Sequence record: MT701590.1
Length of the DNA: 64,000 bases
Reading direction: 5' to 3' (one strand)
Source: Klebsiella phage Miami
Positions 40,142 through 49,124 of the stretch are shown here, one piece after another. Positions within the stretch are counted from its first letter, which is position 1; each line of letters begins with the position of its first letter. Under the pieces are notes generated by a model. It was not told the DNA's origin. It saw only the letters and a list, made by a program, of their open reading frames with translations, and made no database searches. Both the position numbers and the translations under genes were made by a program.

Positions 40142-40170
40142 ACTCCTACTCCCGATAAGGGAGTAGGAGT
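40142..40170. terminator. bidirectional hairpin between convergent genes
   Basis: actcctactccc gataa gggagtaggagt; this stem recurs at other terminators in the window. Confidence 0.5.
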
Positions 40171-40182
40171 AGTTATTATGAA

Positions 40183-41178
40183 TTAAAGTGGGGAACAGCC
40201 CTTAATAGTTTTAGCAATAGAAGAGATCGTATCCATAAACTCGTTCGTGTTACTTATAATGCTTGAACAAAGTTTAAGAATATTCTTAAGTCCATCGATA
40301 AAGGGTTTGTCCAATTGTTTATCCAGATCATTCCCTTTGTTCATTTCTTCTTCTAATTTATGAATTTTCTTTTCAAGATCAGATTTAGACGATTTGATAT
40401 TTTCTAAGTTATTGGAAATTGCGTTAATGAACGATGAGGAATGTGACAAGAATGTGGAAGCCGAGTTGAGGTCTTTAATCCCGGCCACTTCCTTTTTAGC
40501 CTGAACCATTCCGTTTAAAACGGGTTGGGAGCCCTGAACCAACGCAGATATTTTTTTGCTGATGGTTTCCCCGTACCCTTCGGGAGTAACGGCTGGAGAT
40601 TCCACTTTCTTAATTTTTTCAAGCTGATCTAAAAAGCCGGCGTGAAGAGATTCAAGTTTTTTGCTTTGCTTGTCAAAAGAGCTAGACTGTTCCGCATTAA
40701 ATTCAAAAACTTTCTTAGCGACTTCTTTTACGCTGGCGGCCGGGACGACGTTAATGCCATTACGTTTAAGGATGTTCCTTAATTCTTCCTTTCGCTGGGC
40801 TGCCTGCTGACCTGTTTTAGATGAGATCTTTTCGACCATTGCGTTGGCTTGAGCCAGAGTCATCTCCGGAGGAGACTGGACTTCTTTAATGGTCTCTTGG
40901 GCTTCTTTAACCTCTGTTTTAACCGCTTCAACTTTCTTCTTAGAAGATCCCCCGAATACCCAATCGAAGATCTTTTTAAACATCCCTTTAATGTACTCCC
41001 ACGCTTTCTTTATTCCGTCTGAGACGGCATCTGCAAACCCTTCGTTACCAGAAACAAACGTATTGCTGGGTTCGTTAGCCCAAAGTACACCGCCTAAGTA
41101 ACGCGAAGCGTACGTTTCATTCCCGCTGATGCGGTCATACAACCCGTTGAAAACGAGTTCAATGTGATCGTTGTTCAT
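40183..41178 (-). CDS. coiled-coil protein (331 aa)
   Basis: Lys/Glu-rich heptad-like central region (KEVQSPPEMTLAQANAMVEKISSK...LEKKIHKLEEEMNKGNDLDKQLDK). Confidence 0.5.
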   Translation of the reverse strand: MNNDHIELVFNGLYDRISGNETYASRYLGGVLWANEPSNTFVSGNEGFADAVSDGIKKAWEYIKGMFKKIFDWVFGGSSKKKVEAVKTEVKEAQETIKEVQSPPEMTLAQANAMVEKISSKTGQQAAQRKEELRNILKRNGINVVPAASVKEVAKKVFEFNAEQSSSFDKQSKKLESLHAGFLDQLEKIKKVESPAVTPEGYGETISKKISALVQGSQPVLNGMVQAKKEVAGIKDLNSASTFLSHSSSFINAISNNLENIKSSKSDLEKKIHKLEEEMNKGNDLDKQLDKPFIDGLKNILKLCSSIISNTNEFMDTISSIAKTIKGCSPL

Positions 41179-41187
41179 TTAGTTTTC

Positions 41188-42300
41188 CTATTTAGATAAT
41201 TTATTTTGTTTTAACATGGCGGTGACTTGTTCTAGATATTGCACTTGCAACGGGCCTGGAACGAAATGCTTAATCATTCCTTTGATATCCTGCCTAGCCC
41301 AAACATCGATATGACCATTGACCGTCCCCATTGCGTTGAAGCTTTTATTATTGAGTGCCAAACTAAGCGTCAATAACTTCATTATTGGGAATTGCCAAAT
41401 AGCGTTTGTTTGACTGTATCGATTGTATCTCTTTGCATCTACAATGAGAGGGTTGACATCCATCGTCATAAAGTCGCCTATTCTCTGTATGACGTGTTCA
41501 GGAGAATAGCTCGGCGTTAGCGTTAAAGTCTCGACCAAGAAGGTTAAGAATCCTTTGAGTAATTCACCCACTGGATTGATATTGAACTCCCCCTTGACTA
41601 CCGTTAATTGGTCGTCGATGTTCTCACCGTTAACCACGACGTTATACAACGAATTGAATACGCTCAATTGATGCTGCAAACATCTTGCGTTAATTAGAGG
41701 GGTGCCGGCCAGATAACGATGAGGACCCAATCCTGTTTCTGATCCTTCGGCTAATCTCTCGTTAAGGTAACGCCAATACCCTATACCCAAAGCCGTGATA
41801 TCCACCCCTATTACTGCGAACCCACCATAATTCATCGGATCGTTTTTGAGCGACGTGGTGTTGGTATAACGGATGTCCGTCTCGGTGCTAATCAGCGGGA
41901 TGATACTGCAAATGTCCCTTTCGTCTAAATCGAAATAATCGTCGAGGTTATCTTTAGCCGGATAAGATACCAACATTTCAGTTAACCCATTTCCGTACAT
42001 CACGTTTTGTTTTACGACACCTTTATTGTATATAGACGTGATTCCGATAGTCGACGCCCAACTATCTACCTGCATCTCGATCATTGCTTTAAGGTAGGCC
42101 GGATCCCATTCAGGTTGAATGTTCATTAATGAAAGTAACTGAACCAAAGGATGTTGGTTCTGTAAAACGTAGGTGGTATTGTCGCTCCGTGCGATCCACT
42201 GAGCACGATTAAAATCCAAGATACGTATTACATTACTGAGCCTACCATATTTATAGACGGCAGGACGATGATCGGTTGTTATTAATTTTAAAGGTTTCAT
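41188..42300 (-). CDS. hypothetical protein (370 aa)
   Basis: ORF transcribed divergently from the 42560 gene. Confidence 0.5.
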   Translation of the reverse strand: MKPLKLITTDHRPAVYKYGRLSNVIRILDFNRAQWIARSDNTTYVLQNQHPLVQLLSLMNIQPEWDPAYLKAMIEMQVDSWASTIGITSIYNKGVVKQNVMYGNGLTEMLVSYPAKDNLDDYFDLDERDICSIIPLISTETDIRYTNTTSLKNDPMNYGGFAVIGVDITALGIGYWRYLNERLAEGSETGLGPHRYLAGTPLINARCLQHQLSVFNSLYNVVVNGENIDDQLTVVKGEFNINPVGELLKGFLTFLVETLTLTPSYSPEHVIQRIGDFMTMDVNPLIVDAKRYNRYSQTNAIWQFPIMKLLTLSLALNNKSFNAMGTVNGHIDVWARQDIKGMIKHFVPGPLQVQYLEQVTAMLKQNKLSK

Positions 42301-42332
42301 TGTAGTCCTGTTAGTAACTCAGTATTATGTTA

Positions 42333-42388
42333 TTACATATATCTATTATATGTAAACAAACACACCTCTCCGAAAGGAGGGGAGACCA
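42333..42388. promoter_or_regulatory. divergent promoter region with palindrome and GAAA-loop hairpin
   Basis: ttacatat atctatt atatgtaa (42333-55) and cctctcc gaaa ggagggg (42365-82) in the 260-bp region between the divergent 42300 and 42560 gene starts. Confidence 0.35.
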
Positions 42389-42559
42389 ATGCCGCGGAGT
42401 AAAAATCCGTTAAGCATAAAATCGATCAGTTTTTACCACCCCTAAATAATTTCAGACCGATATTATTTAGGTAGATAAACAACACAAATGTTTATCTGTT
42501 TTGATCAAACTTAATAACATCCCCCTTTATAAAAAGCTAATAGCTATTAGGAGTTAAGA

Positions 42560-44572
42560 ATGTCCGACAATCAAAATGGCAACAACTGGGAACAAACCGT
42601 CCTGAACACCGCTGCTGGTAAAGGAGAGCCGATCGTCTCTGCTTCTGCCGAGAATTTCGGTTCTCAGCTGCTCGGTCTGCTCGGCCAGGCTTCTCTTCTG
42701 GGTTCTTCCAAGAACGTGCCGGAAGTAGAAGAAACCGCGGCCCTGATCAAGAAACGCGTAACCGATCTGAAAAACGGTACGCCGGGCGAAACCCAGAAGA
42801 AGATCCTGCCGGAAGTGAACATCATCACCAAACCGATCATCTCTGCACTGCCGGGCATCGTGCTCTCCCTGCACATGAACAACAACCCTGCGGTATACGT
42901 CATGCCGGTGCTGTTCTCTAACCGTCATCTGACCAATACCCTGGAAGAGATCCAGATCGACAACGGCGTTAACCAACAGCGCAAAATGTCCATGCCGTTT
43001 ACCCCTGATTCCTACGCTCGTGCTGATCTGTTCGAACAGATCAAAATGCACTACAAAGCGATGCTCCAGGATAAAGGTGTGAGCGAATGCGTGATCATCA
43101 ACGTGATGGTTATCGACCTGGAACAGATCGTTGGTGACGATGTCCTGAATCAGGGCAAATCGCCGCTGCTGCGTGATGAAATCATGCGTAGCTGGGAACA
43201 GGGTCTGATGGTACAGATCGCGAAAATCGCAGCCAACCAGCCGAAAGCTTCTCTGCCTTCTCCGTTCTCTGCGACCGGTGGCAAAGCCTATGGTCAGCAC
43301 GGTAATGCGATTGCTCGCGTTGAACCGATCCGCGGTCAGTATGTTAACGAAGGCCTGCTGTCTCCGGCGAACCTGACCATCCGCATGCAAACTGCTAACC
43401 ATAACGGTTATCAGGGTAACGCGGAACAGTCCCGTGAAATCGTCAACACCTACGCGACCGTTAGCCTGATGGGTTCTCCGATCCAGCAGTTCAACCCGCA
43501 GCTGACCGGTAACATTCCGCAGCCGTACCTGCAGACCCCTAACGGTCGTCCTCAGGGCTACACCCCGCTGCAGCCGGTGGTTATTATGAACCACGCTAAA
43601 GCTGGCGAAGTGCTGGGCGATGCGACTGGCCTGTCGACCTACTTCATGGGTCTGTTCTCTCTGATGGCGACCAACAGCAACTACCTGTTTGCTGAAGCTC
43701 TGCGTTCTAAGAACGTAGGTTCTCGTGGCTCCCTGACTGATATGGAACACCGCATCCGTCAGATGGAAAATGGATTACCTCCGCGCACTAAGGGTACTGA
43801 GATGACCGACGCTAAACTGTCGGATATCGATTTCACCACTAACTGGATTCGCGCCAATATTGGACCTAAAGCAGTCTTTGCTGCTGACCTGATCCAGTTT
43901 GGCCCGGATGCGGCAATCTCCAACTTCCTGTTCAACCTCACTCCCGGTGCGAAAGACTACATCAAATGCGTGAAAACCGTTATTGCTATCGTCGACTCCA
44001 TCTCCGGTGATGCGAAAGCCATGTCTGCGGTTATCGCAGAAAACCAGGCCAACAACAATGCCAATGGCGGATGGATTCCGGGCAAACCGGTGCTGCACGT
44101 TTCTAACGCGCTGATCCCAGTCGGTACTTCTGTACTGGATAACAAACGCATTGCGCTCGGCGAAGTGGACGAGATGTTCCTGTCCAAGCACTATAAAGAT
44201 CAGGTCGCCCCGATGAACCAGTACCTGGAAAACATGTACGGGTCTAACCCGAACGTTCCGGAAAAACTGCGTCGCTACAATCTGTTGATCCAGCTGTCCA
44301 CCATCTTCTCTGAAGGTGTAAACCTGTTCGGCTTCGCTCGTCGTTGCTACTGGGATCCGCTGTTCATGGATGCGTTCACTAAAGCGATGAACACCATCGG
44401 TTCTCTGCAGGTTACTGGCTCTATGGGTCAGTTCGCTGCTAACGTTCAGGTCTTCGCTCCTGGCCAGCAGTATATCTCTCAGGCAACTGCTGGTAACTCC
44501 GGTGGCGTCGTTCTGGGTAACGGTATGATGCTGGGTGCAGGTGGCGGTCTGGTGTTTGGCCCGTCCTACTAA
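42560..44572 (+). CDS. highly expressed 670-aa protein; candidate chimallin (phage nucleus shell protein)
   Basis: Strongest codon bias in the window (ctg, ccg, ggt, cgt, aac). In phiKZ the nuclear shell protein gp54 sits directly upstream of the non-virion RNAP beta'-N gene gp55, as here. Size is in the chimallin range. A major capsid protein cannot be excluded. Confidence 0.45.
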   Translation: MSDNQNGNNWEQTVLNTAAGKGEPIVSASAENFGSQLLGLLGQASLLGSSKNVPEVEETAALIKKRVTDLKNGTPGETQKKILPEVNIITKPIISALPGIVLSLHMNNNPAVYVMPVLFSNRHLTNTLEEIQIDNGVNQQRKMSMPFTPDSYARADLFEQIKMHYKAMLQDKGVSECVIINVMVIDLEQIVGDDVLNQGKSPLLRDEIMRSWEQGLMVQIAKIAANQPKASLPSPFSATGGKAYGQHGNAIARVEPIRGQYVNEGLLSPANLTIRMQTANHNGYQGNAEQSREIVNTYATVSLMGSPIQQFNPQLTGNIPQPYLQTPNGRPQGYTPLQPVVIMNHAKAGEVLGDATGLSTYFMGLFSLMATNSNYLFAEALRSKNVGSRGSLTDMEHRIRQMENGLPPRTKGTEMTDAKLSDIDFTTNWIRANIGPKAVFAADLIQFGPDAAISNFLFNLTPGAKDYIKCVKTVIAIVDSISGDAKAMSAVIAENQANNNANGGWIPGKPVLHVSNALIPVGTSVLDNKRIALGEVDEMFLSKHYKDQVAPMNQYLENMYGSNPNVPEKLRRYNLLIQLSTIFSEGVNLFGFARRCYWDPLFMDAFTKAMNTIGSLQVTGSMGQFAANVQVFAPGQQYISQATAGNSGGVVLGNGMMLGAGGGLVFGPSY

Positions 44573-44596
44573 GAGTTCGGCTGTAAGCTCACTAAA

Positions 44597-44630
44597 GGAG
44601 GAGGCGGAAGCCTCCTCCCTTTTTTATGCA
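44597..44630 (+). terminator. rho-independent terminator
   Basis: ggaggaggc ggaa gcctcctcc then cttttttatg. Confidence 0.6.
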
Positions 44631-44643
44631 TTTCATTTTTTGA

Positions 44644-46074
44644 GTGAACGGAGACGTTATGGATCAGTACGGTGATCGTATTATTGATGCATTAACAGCG
44701 CCTGAATTTTCATCATTGCAACCAGAGGCTCAGTTTAAAACTTATGCCGAACAATACGGTGGTGACCTTTCTGACGACAAACGTTTTTATGAACCCCTTT
44801 ATCCCGACTTCACTGACTATAACCGTTTGCATGATACTGCTAAGGTCGATCCGGTTTACCTGAACGATTTCGATTTTTGTTTGGAAGAAGACCGAGAACG
44901 AATCGCATCTTTGATTCGTATGGACTTCAACACCGACACATTCGAAACCGTCGCGAGATGTAGCTGTGGGCATCTGAAGGGCAACTATTTGTTGGGTCAG
45001 AAAAGATCATGTCCCATCTGTCAATCCCTTGTAGAGAAAGTCGTAGAGACTTCCTTAGATACTAAGGTATGGGTCAGGGTTCCAGAAGGTGTAGTTGGAT
45101 TTATCAGTCCGGCTTATTACAAAACCTTCTTATCGAAGATCGCGACCAATTCTCCAAAGATTGAGATCGTGACTTGGCTCATCGATCCGTCTTATCGTCG
45201 GGGTAGTCGGGCTCAGCATACTGAGTCTGGTCGTCGGATGTTGGCTGAACTCGATAAACTCGGAATAGTCCCCGGGCTTAACAGCTTTATATTGAACGCG
45301 GACAGATTCATGGAACACTTCCTTGTTGGTGAAGGAAGAGGTGCTGTGAGCATGAAGCCGGCTGATGGTAAAAAGCATTTGGATAAGTATTACGAATATC
45401 GTCATCTTATCTTCCCGCGCTATTTGTCCGTACCCAATAAACTCGCCACCATCATCGAGCAAGATGGTAAAGATAAGTACGTTTCTTCAACCCAATTGAA
45501 AACCTCGGCAATCTACCAATCTATTGCAGATACGAGAGATTCTACTGAGTTTTATAAATGTACGATTAAGGATCTTAAGGAGAACGCTGATATCGTCGGG
45601 AAGGCGATAGTTCGATTAGGTAAGCAGAACTCTGATAACTATAAGAGTCAGCTGTTTGCTAAATCGAGCCTGATACGTAAACACGTAATCGCGGGATCGT
45701 TATCTTTATCAGGTCGTGGTGTTATCACATCAACGACTGGGTTGCATGATGCCGGTGTTGCTAAGATACCTTGGATCATGGCAGTGGCTATGCTGAAGAA
45801 ACACATCCTGGGATATCTTTACCGTTTAGGGTACAGCCCCCTGAAAGCCGAAAGTGTAATCAGTACAGCAGCACACCAAGTCGTCCCGGTAATCGATCAA
45901 TTCTTTACCAAGCACGAAAAGCAAAAAGACATTGTCTGCATTTTAGGAAGAAACCCATCAATTCAGTACCTGTCAGCAAAAGCCTTCTTCATGTCGATCA
46001 ACCGAGATTTAGAAGACGAGTCGATAAACTTACCAATACTCTCAGTTAAAACCTTTAATGCTGACTTCGACGGT
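44644..46074 (+). CDS. RNA polymerase beta' N-terminal subunit, exon 1 (ends inside the catalytic NADFDG|D motif)
   Basis: Zn-finger CSCGHLKGNYLLGQKRSCPICQSL. Exon ends ...FNADFDG at 46074. The track ORF continues KRVAVHKFL* into the intron. The codon count to NADFDG (~471-476) matches the E. coli beta' position (458-464). Possible alternative ATG start at 44659. Confidence 0.55.
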
Positions 46075-47489
46075 AAACGTGTTGCCGTCCATAAATTTCT
46101 CTAACTGCTGGAACACCCTAAAGCTCGTTTAGCTACAACGTAATCCGCAAGGATAACCGTGAATGCGGTCGAAAGACAGAAAAAATAAACGAGATGATCT
46201 ATGCTTAATATCTTGATTAAGGATTTAATTGAGTGCTAAGGATTTCTAATGGGCGATCAGCATCGAAGCTTCCTTATGGGAAGAACGTTCAACGACTAAA
46301 TACATCGAATTCGTGATGTTAACGGGAAAGCAGCTTACAGGATGTGACTGCAAGATATAGTCTCAACCGGTGCGAAAGTGTCGGATAGCAAATGCTCTAG
46401 CCAGGCATTTGCTCTTGGATTAACGACCCAAGCAGCCTCTTTATTATGATCCTTTAAAATGAGAAAATTAATACCCGGAACTAAAAACTTCTATGCGGGT
46501 GACGACAATCAGATTTATGATTCTGAAGGAGTCCCTAGAAAACAATATGTGAATGGTGACGGTTACAAAACAGCTTCCGTTCTATTGGAAGACGGAAGAT
46601 GGGTAACCTTTGGAGTTCAGCGTTTAGTCGCCATGGCCTTCAAAAAGACCGACGTACCATTTGCTTTACTAACAGTCAACCACATCGATAAAGTTAAATG
46701 GAATAACACTCCGCCTAATTTGGAATGGGTGTCGAATAAGCATAACGTTATTCACGCTATTCTCCTTAATAAGAAATCTTTGAGGCCTTTAATTTCTTGC
46801 GAGAAAGATAACGAAAGTTTCTTTTTAGCGGATATCTATGATGCTGTTATCCATTTTGATTCAGACGTTGAATCAGTTTGGGGAGCTATCAGAGACGGTA
46901 AAGAAATTGATGGGTGGAAAATTTCCTACATTAAGGCCTCTGATAAAAGAAACCAGAGGATTATAGTGAAGGCCCCTAAGGAAAGATCTGGCCATGAAAG
47001 GCCGTTGACTATGATGGATGTGGAAACAGGAAATATTAAAGAATTTTCTTCCATTAAAGAAGCCGCGAGCCATTTCTCTGTCTTAATAACCCATATCCGG
47101 ATTAGAATTTCCACTCCAGGATATCCTAAGGTTTTTAGGGGGAGATATGTTTTCGTAGATAAGGGAGAGAGTTTTGATTTTCTAAATGAGGAGGTATTGG
47201 GAAGATTAAAAAGAACAGCGCCGAAACAGGTGTTAGCTTATAATTTGGAAACGTCGACTTTTCGGACGTATGATTCGGCTCGATCGTTTATTCAAAATAA
47301 TAAGCTCAGTAAAAAAGCAGTCTCGGTGAGACTGAAGAAAGAAAAATTGGAATCGGTTTCCGGTTGGTTATTTAAATACCAAACCGCTAATCCAGATTCT
47401 GATAAGAAAGCATTATTAGAGATGGCTAGATCTCTCTTAGTGTAGGAACATATGAGGCGATAAAACCGGTTAATCCGGACAATGCGAAG
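46075..47489 (+). ncRNA. group I intron (IA2-like, T4 td-like core) carrying an HNH homing endonuclease ORF
   Basis: P1: exon end gacggU pairs with internal guide gccgtc at 46084-89, with a U.G wobble. P7 strands gacta (46294-98) and tagtc (46358-62) sit in R/S-like elements caacgactaaata and caagatatagtct (identical 11-mer to td AGATATAGTCT). P9 hairpins gcaaatgc..gcatttgc and cttgg..ccaag. Candidate omega-G at 47489. A 4-bp P10 is possible (exon-2 gaca with intron tgtt). Confidence 0.55.
46459..47445 (+). CDS. HNH homing endonuclease (intron-encoded)
   Basis: TVNHIDKVKWNNTPPNLEWVSNKHN is an HNH/HNH_3 motif; N-terminal GDDNQIYDSEG..VNGDGYKTASV is an NUMOD-like region. Gene is AT-rich relative to its flanks. 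Confidence 0.7.
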   Translation: MRKLIPGTKNFYAGDDNQIYDSEGVPRKQYVNGDGYKTASVLLEDGRWVTFGVQRLVAMAFKKTDVPFALLTVNHIDKVKWNNTPPNLEWVSNKHNVIHAILLNKKSLRPLISCEKDNESFFLADIYDAVIHFDSDVESVWGAIRDGKEIDGWKISYIKASDKRNQRIIVKAPKERSGHERPLTMMDVETGNIKEFSSIKEAASHFSVLITHIRIRISTPGYPKVFRGRYVFVDKGESFDFLNEEVLGRLKRTAPKQVLAYNLETSTFRTYDSARSFIQNNKLSKKAVSVRLKKEKLESVSGWLFKYQTANPDSDKKALLEMARSLLV

Positions 47490-47678
47490 GACACTATGTA
47501 CTGTTATGTATTGAGTGATTTGAAAGGTAAGGCCAAAGCGTATGGGTCGTTCGGTCATCAGTCCATGCTTGATGAAAACGAACCATTTACAATAAGTCGA
47601 TTTGCTGATCAAACTTCAACGAATTTGATGAACCTCAACAACATGATGAGAGGAACACCAATCAATGAATGCGGCTGA
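47490..47678 (+). CDS. RNA polymerase beta' N-terminal subunit, exon 2 (proposed)
   Basis: Begins D TMYCYVLSDL (compare E. coli D QMAVHVPLTL). Contains TNLMNLNNMMRGTPI (compare ALMMSTNNILSPANGEPI). Ends ...INECG*. An alternative 3' splice site lies at 47478. Confidence 0.35.
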   Translation, partial: DTMYCYVLSDLKGKAKAYGSFGHQSMLDENEPFTISRFADQTSTNLMNLNNMMRGTPINECG

Positions 47679-48300
47679 CGCGTTTAGCTTTAGTTGTGCC
47701 GGCGCTATTGACGAAGGTCGAATGCGTCAGTATGCCGGCTACGTTCAAATGAATTTTGATAACGTGAAAGGTATGGGAGGTTGGCTGGCGAAAGAAGCAG
47801 AAAAAACGTTAGACCGATTTTCTAACTTCATGAATTCCAGGGCGTGGGAGTTATCCAAAATCCTAACGGGGAATGGCGATGGTGAATACGTAGGACGATT
47901 TGACATCGGTTATTTAGGTTCCCTCAACGCTCAACAGCAAGCCCAGGGTTTCATGCGGGATTACATCATGGCTAACCCATTGGTTATGCAGATGTATCTG
48001 GATGGAGGATTGGAAGGCTACGGTGGTGAGTTCTCCCCGTTCTGTAATGCCGTTGGTAAGAACAACGTTTTCTATCGTAACGCCACCCATGGTATAGTAC
48101 AAACTGAAACTAAAGACGACGTTCAGAAAACTTGGTTCAGTCACTTTGGTGATGTGCCGGGCACAGGAATGTCATTTAGGGAACAAGCAGACATCATGAG
48201 AACTTGGAAAGCGACCAATCACCTGATAGGTTCTCAACTCTTTGATATGACCTCACCATCGAATAAAAAGATGAATGAGGATAACGAAGAGGAAACATAA
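47665..48300 (+). CDS. hypothetical protein (211 aa)
   Basis: ORF overlapping the end of proposed exon 2 by 14 nt in the +1 frame; could be a further RNAP piece or unrelated. Confidence 0.45.
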   Translation: MNAADAFSFSCAGAIDEGRMRQYAGYVQMNFDNVKGMGGWLAKEAEKTLDRFSNFMNSRAWELSKILTGNGDGEYVGRFDIGYLGSLNAQQQAQGFMRDYIMANPLVMQMYLDGGLEGYGGEFSPFCNAVGKNNVFYRNATHGIVQTETKDDVQKTWFSHFGDVPGTGMSFREQADIMRTWKATNHLIGSQLFDMTSPSNKKMNEDNEEET

Positions 48301-48348
48301 ACATTTTTGGGGGAGGAAACTCCCCCATTTAACATCGAGAGTAAACTT

Positions 48349-48711
48349 ATGAATAGCGAACAAACCAAACCCATGCATAGTGTTTTTATGCAAATCATCA
48401 GTTCCGAAGAAATCGGTAATTTGAAGAATGCCGTTCGGAATACCGAATTCCTTTTAGCCGAGTTAGGCGAATCGGAAGACGGCAAACCACTGGATCCATC
48501 CCATCTGATCTTTATTGTAACTGACATGTCTTTTGACGAACACGGAAACTTGATGGGAAGAGTAACTCCCACCGGCCCATACAAGGACAAGGGACGGGAA
48601 TGGATTTCAACTAAAAAATATAAAACACCTATTTTTAAGTTTATTCCGAGAGTGGCTACGAATAACCGCAATTGGACCTTCATCAATAAACTCGACGTGG
48701 TGGTCAAATAA
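48349..48711 (+). CDS. hypothetical protein (120 aa)
   Basis: ATG at 48349; the hairpin tgggggag gaaa ctccccca at 48308-27 lies just upstream. Confidence 0.4.
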   Translation: MNSEQTKPMHSVFMQIISSEEIGNLKNAVRNTEFLLAELGESEDGKPLDPSHLIFIVTDMSFDEHGNLMGRVTPTGPYKDKGREWISTKKYKTPIFKFIPRVATNNRNWTFINKLDVVVK

Positions 48712-49073
48712 TGGAAACCACTCGGGATTATACAGCGAAGATCAAATGGCCTTTTGTTGTTGTGTTTAATCTCAATGATGGTCCGGAGGAAACTTCCTCC
48801 GTGATCATTAAAACCAGGATCCCTTCTGGCGGATATAAGGAATTCCACATCTACTTAAAAGATTTAATCGACCGTGCTCGTTTAAACGTTCGAGGGTCAA
48901 TCTCGGATAAAGATTTCTTAACCGATATTAGCGAGTATTTTATTTCGTCTGTTGCTTCTAAATCAGCGGATAAGAAAACCTTGGCTGAGGCCTGTCGGTC
49001 GGTTTTAGAAGGAAACGTGTTTAATCGTAAGATATTCGTTCCCTTTTACGGACTCAGGCCGAGAGAAGAATAA
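48711..49073 (+). CDS. hypothetical protein (120 aa)
   Basis: ATGG overlap with the upstream stop. Confidence 0.45.
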   Translation: METTRDYTAKIKWPFVVVFNLNDGPEETSSVIIKTRIPSGGYKEFHIYLKDLIDRARLNVRGSISDKDFLTDISEYFISSVASKSADKKTLAEACRSVLEGNVFNRKIFVPFYGLRPREE

Positions 49074-49124
49074 TTGACATGCAGATAATTATACATCGAT
49101 ATTATTTAGTCGGAGGAATTAAAT

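Noticed and set aside
42554-43750. 398-aa antisense ORF inside the 670-aa highly expressed gene (also 43775-44191 and 43957-44187)
   Set aside because: Arg/His-rich junk translation. Long antisense ORFs are a by-product of extreme codon bias (stop codons absent in the reverse frame)..
46075-46104. Reading NADFDGKRVAVHKFL* as a catalytically dead beta' (Asp to Lys)
   Set aside because: The P1 pairing gacggU/gccgtc, the td-like P7 elements, the embedded HNH gene and a downstream exon beginning with Asp after a G explain the sequence better as an intron. The KRVAVH similarity to QMAVH is treated as read-through coincidence, though not fully excluded.
47665-48300. ORF 47665-48300 as the direct continuation of beta' (PSQDVVLGLYYMT region)
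   Set aside because: Only weak resemblance (AADAFSFSCAGA), and the reading frame is different from exon 2. Kept as a separate hypothetical gene.
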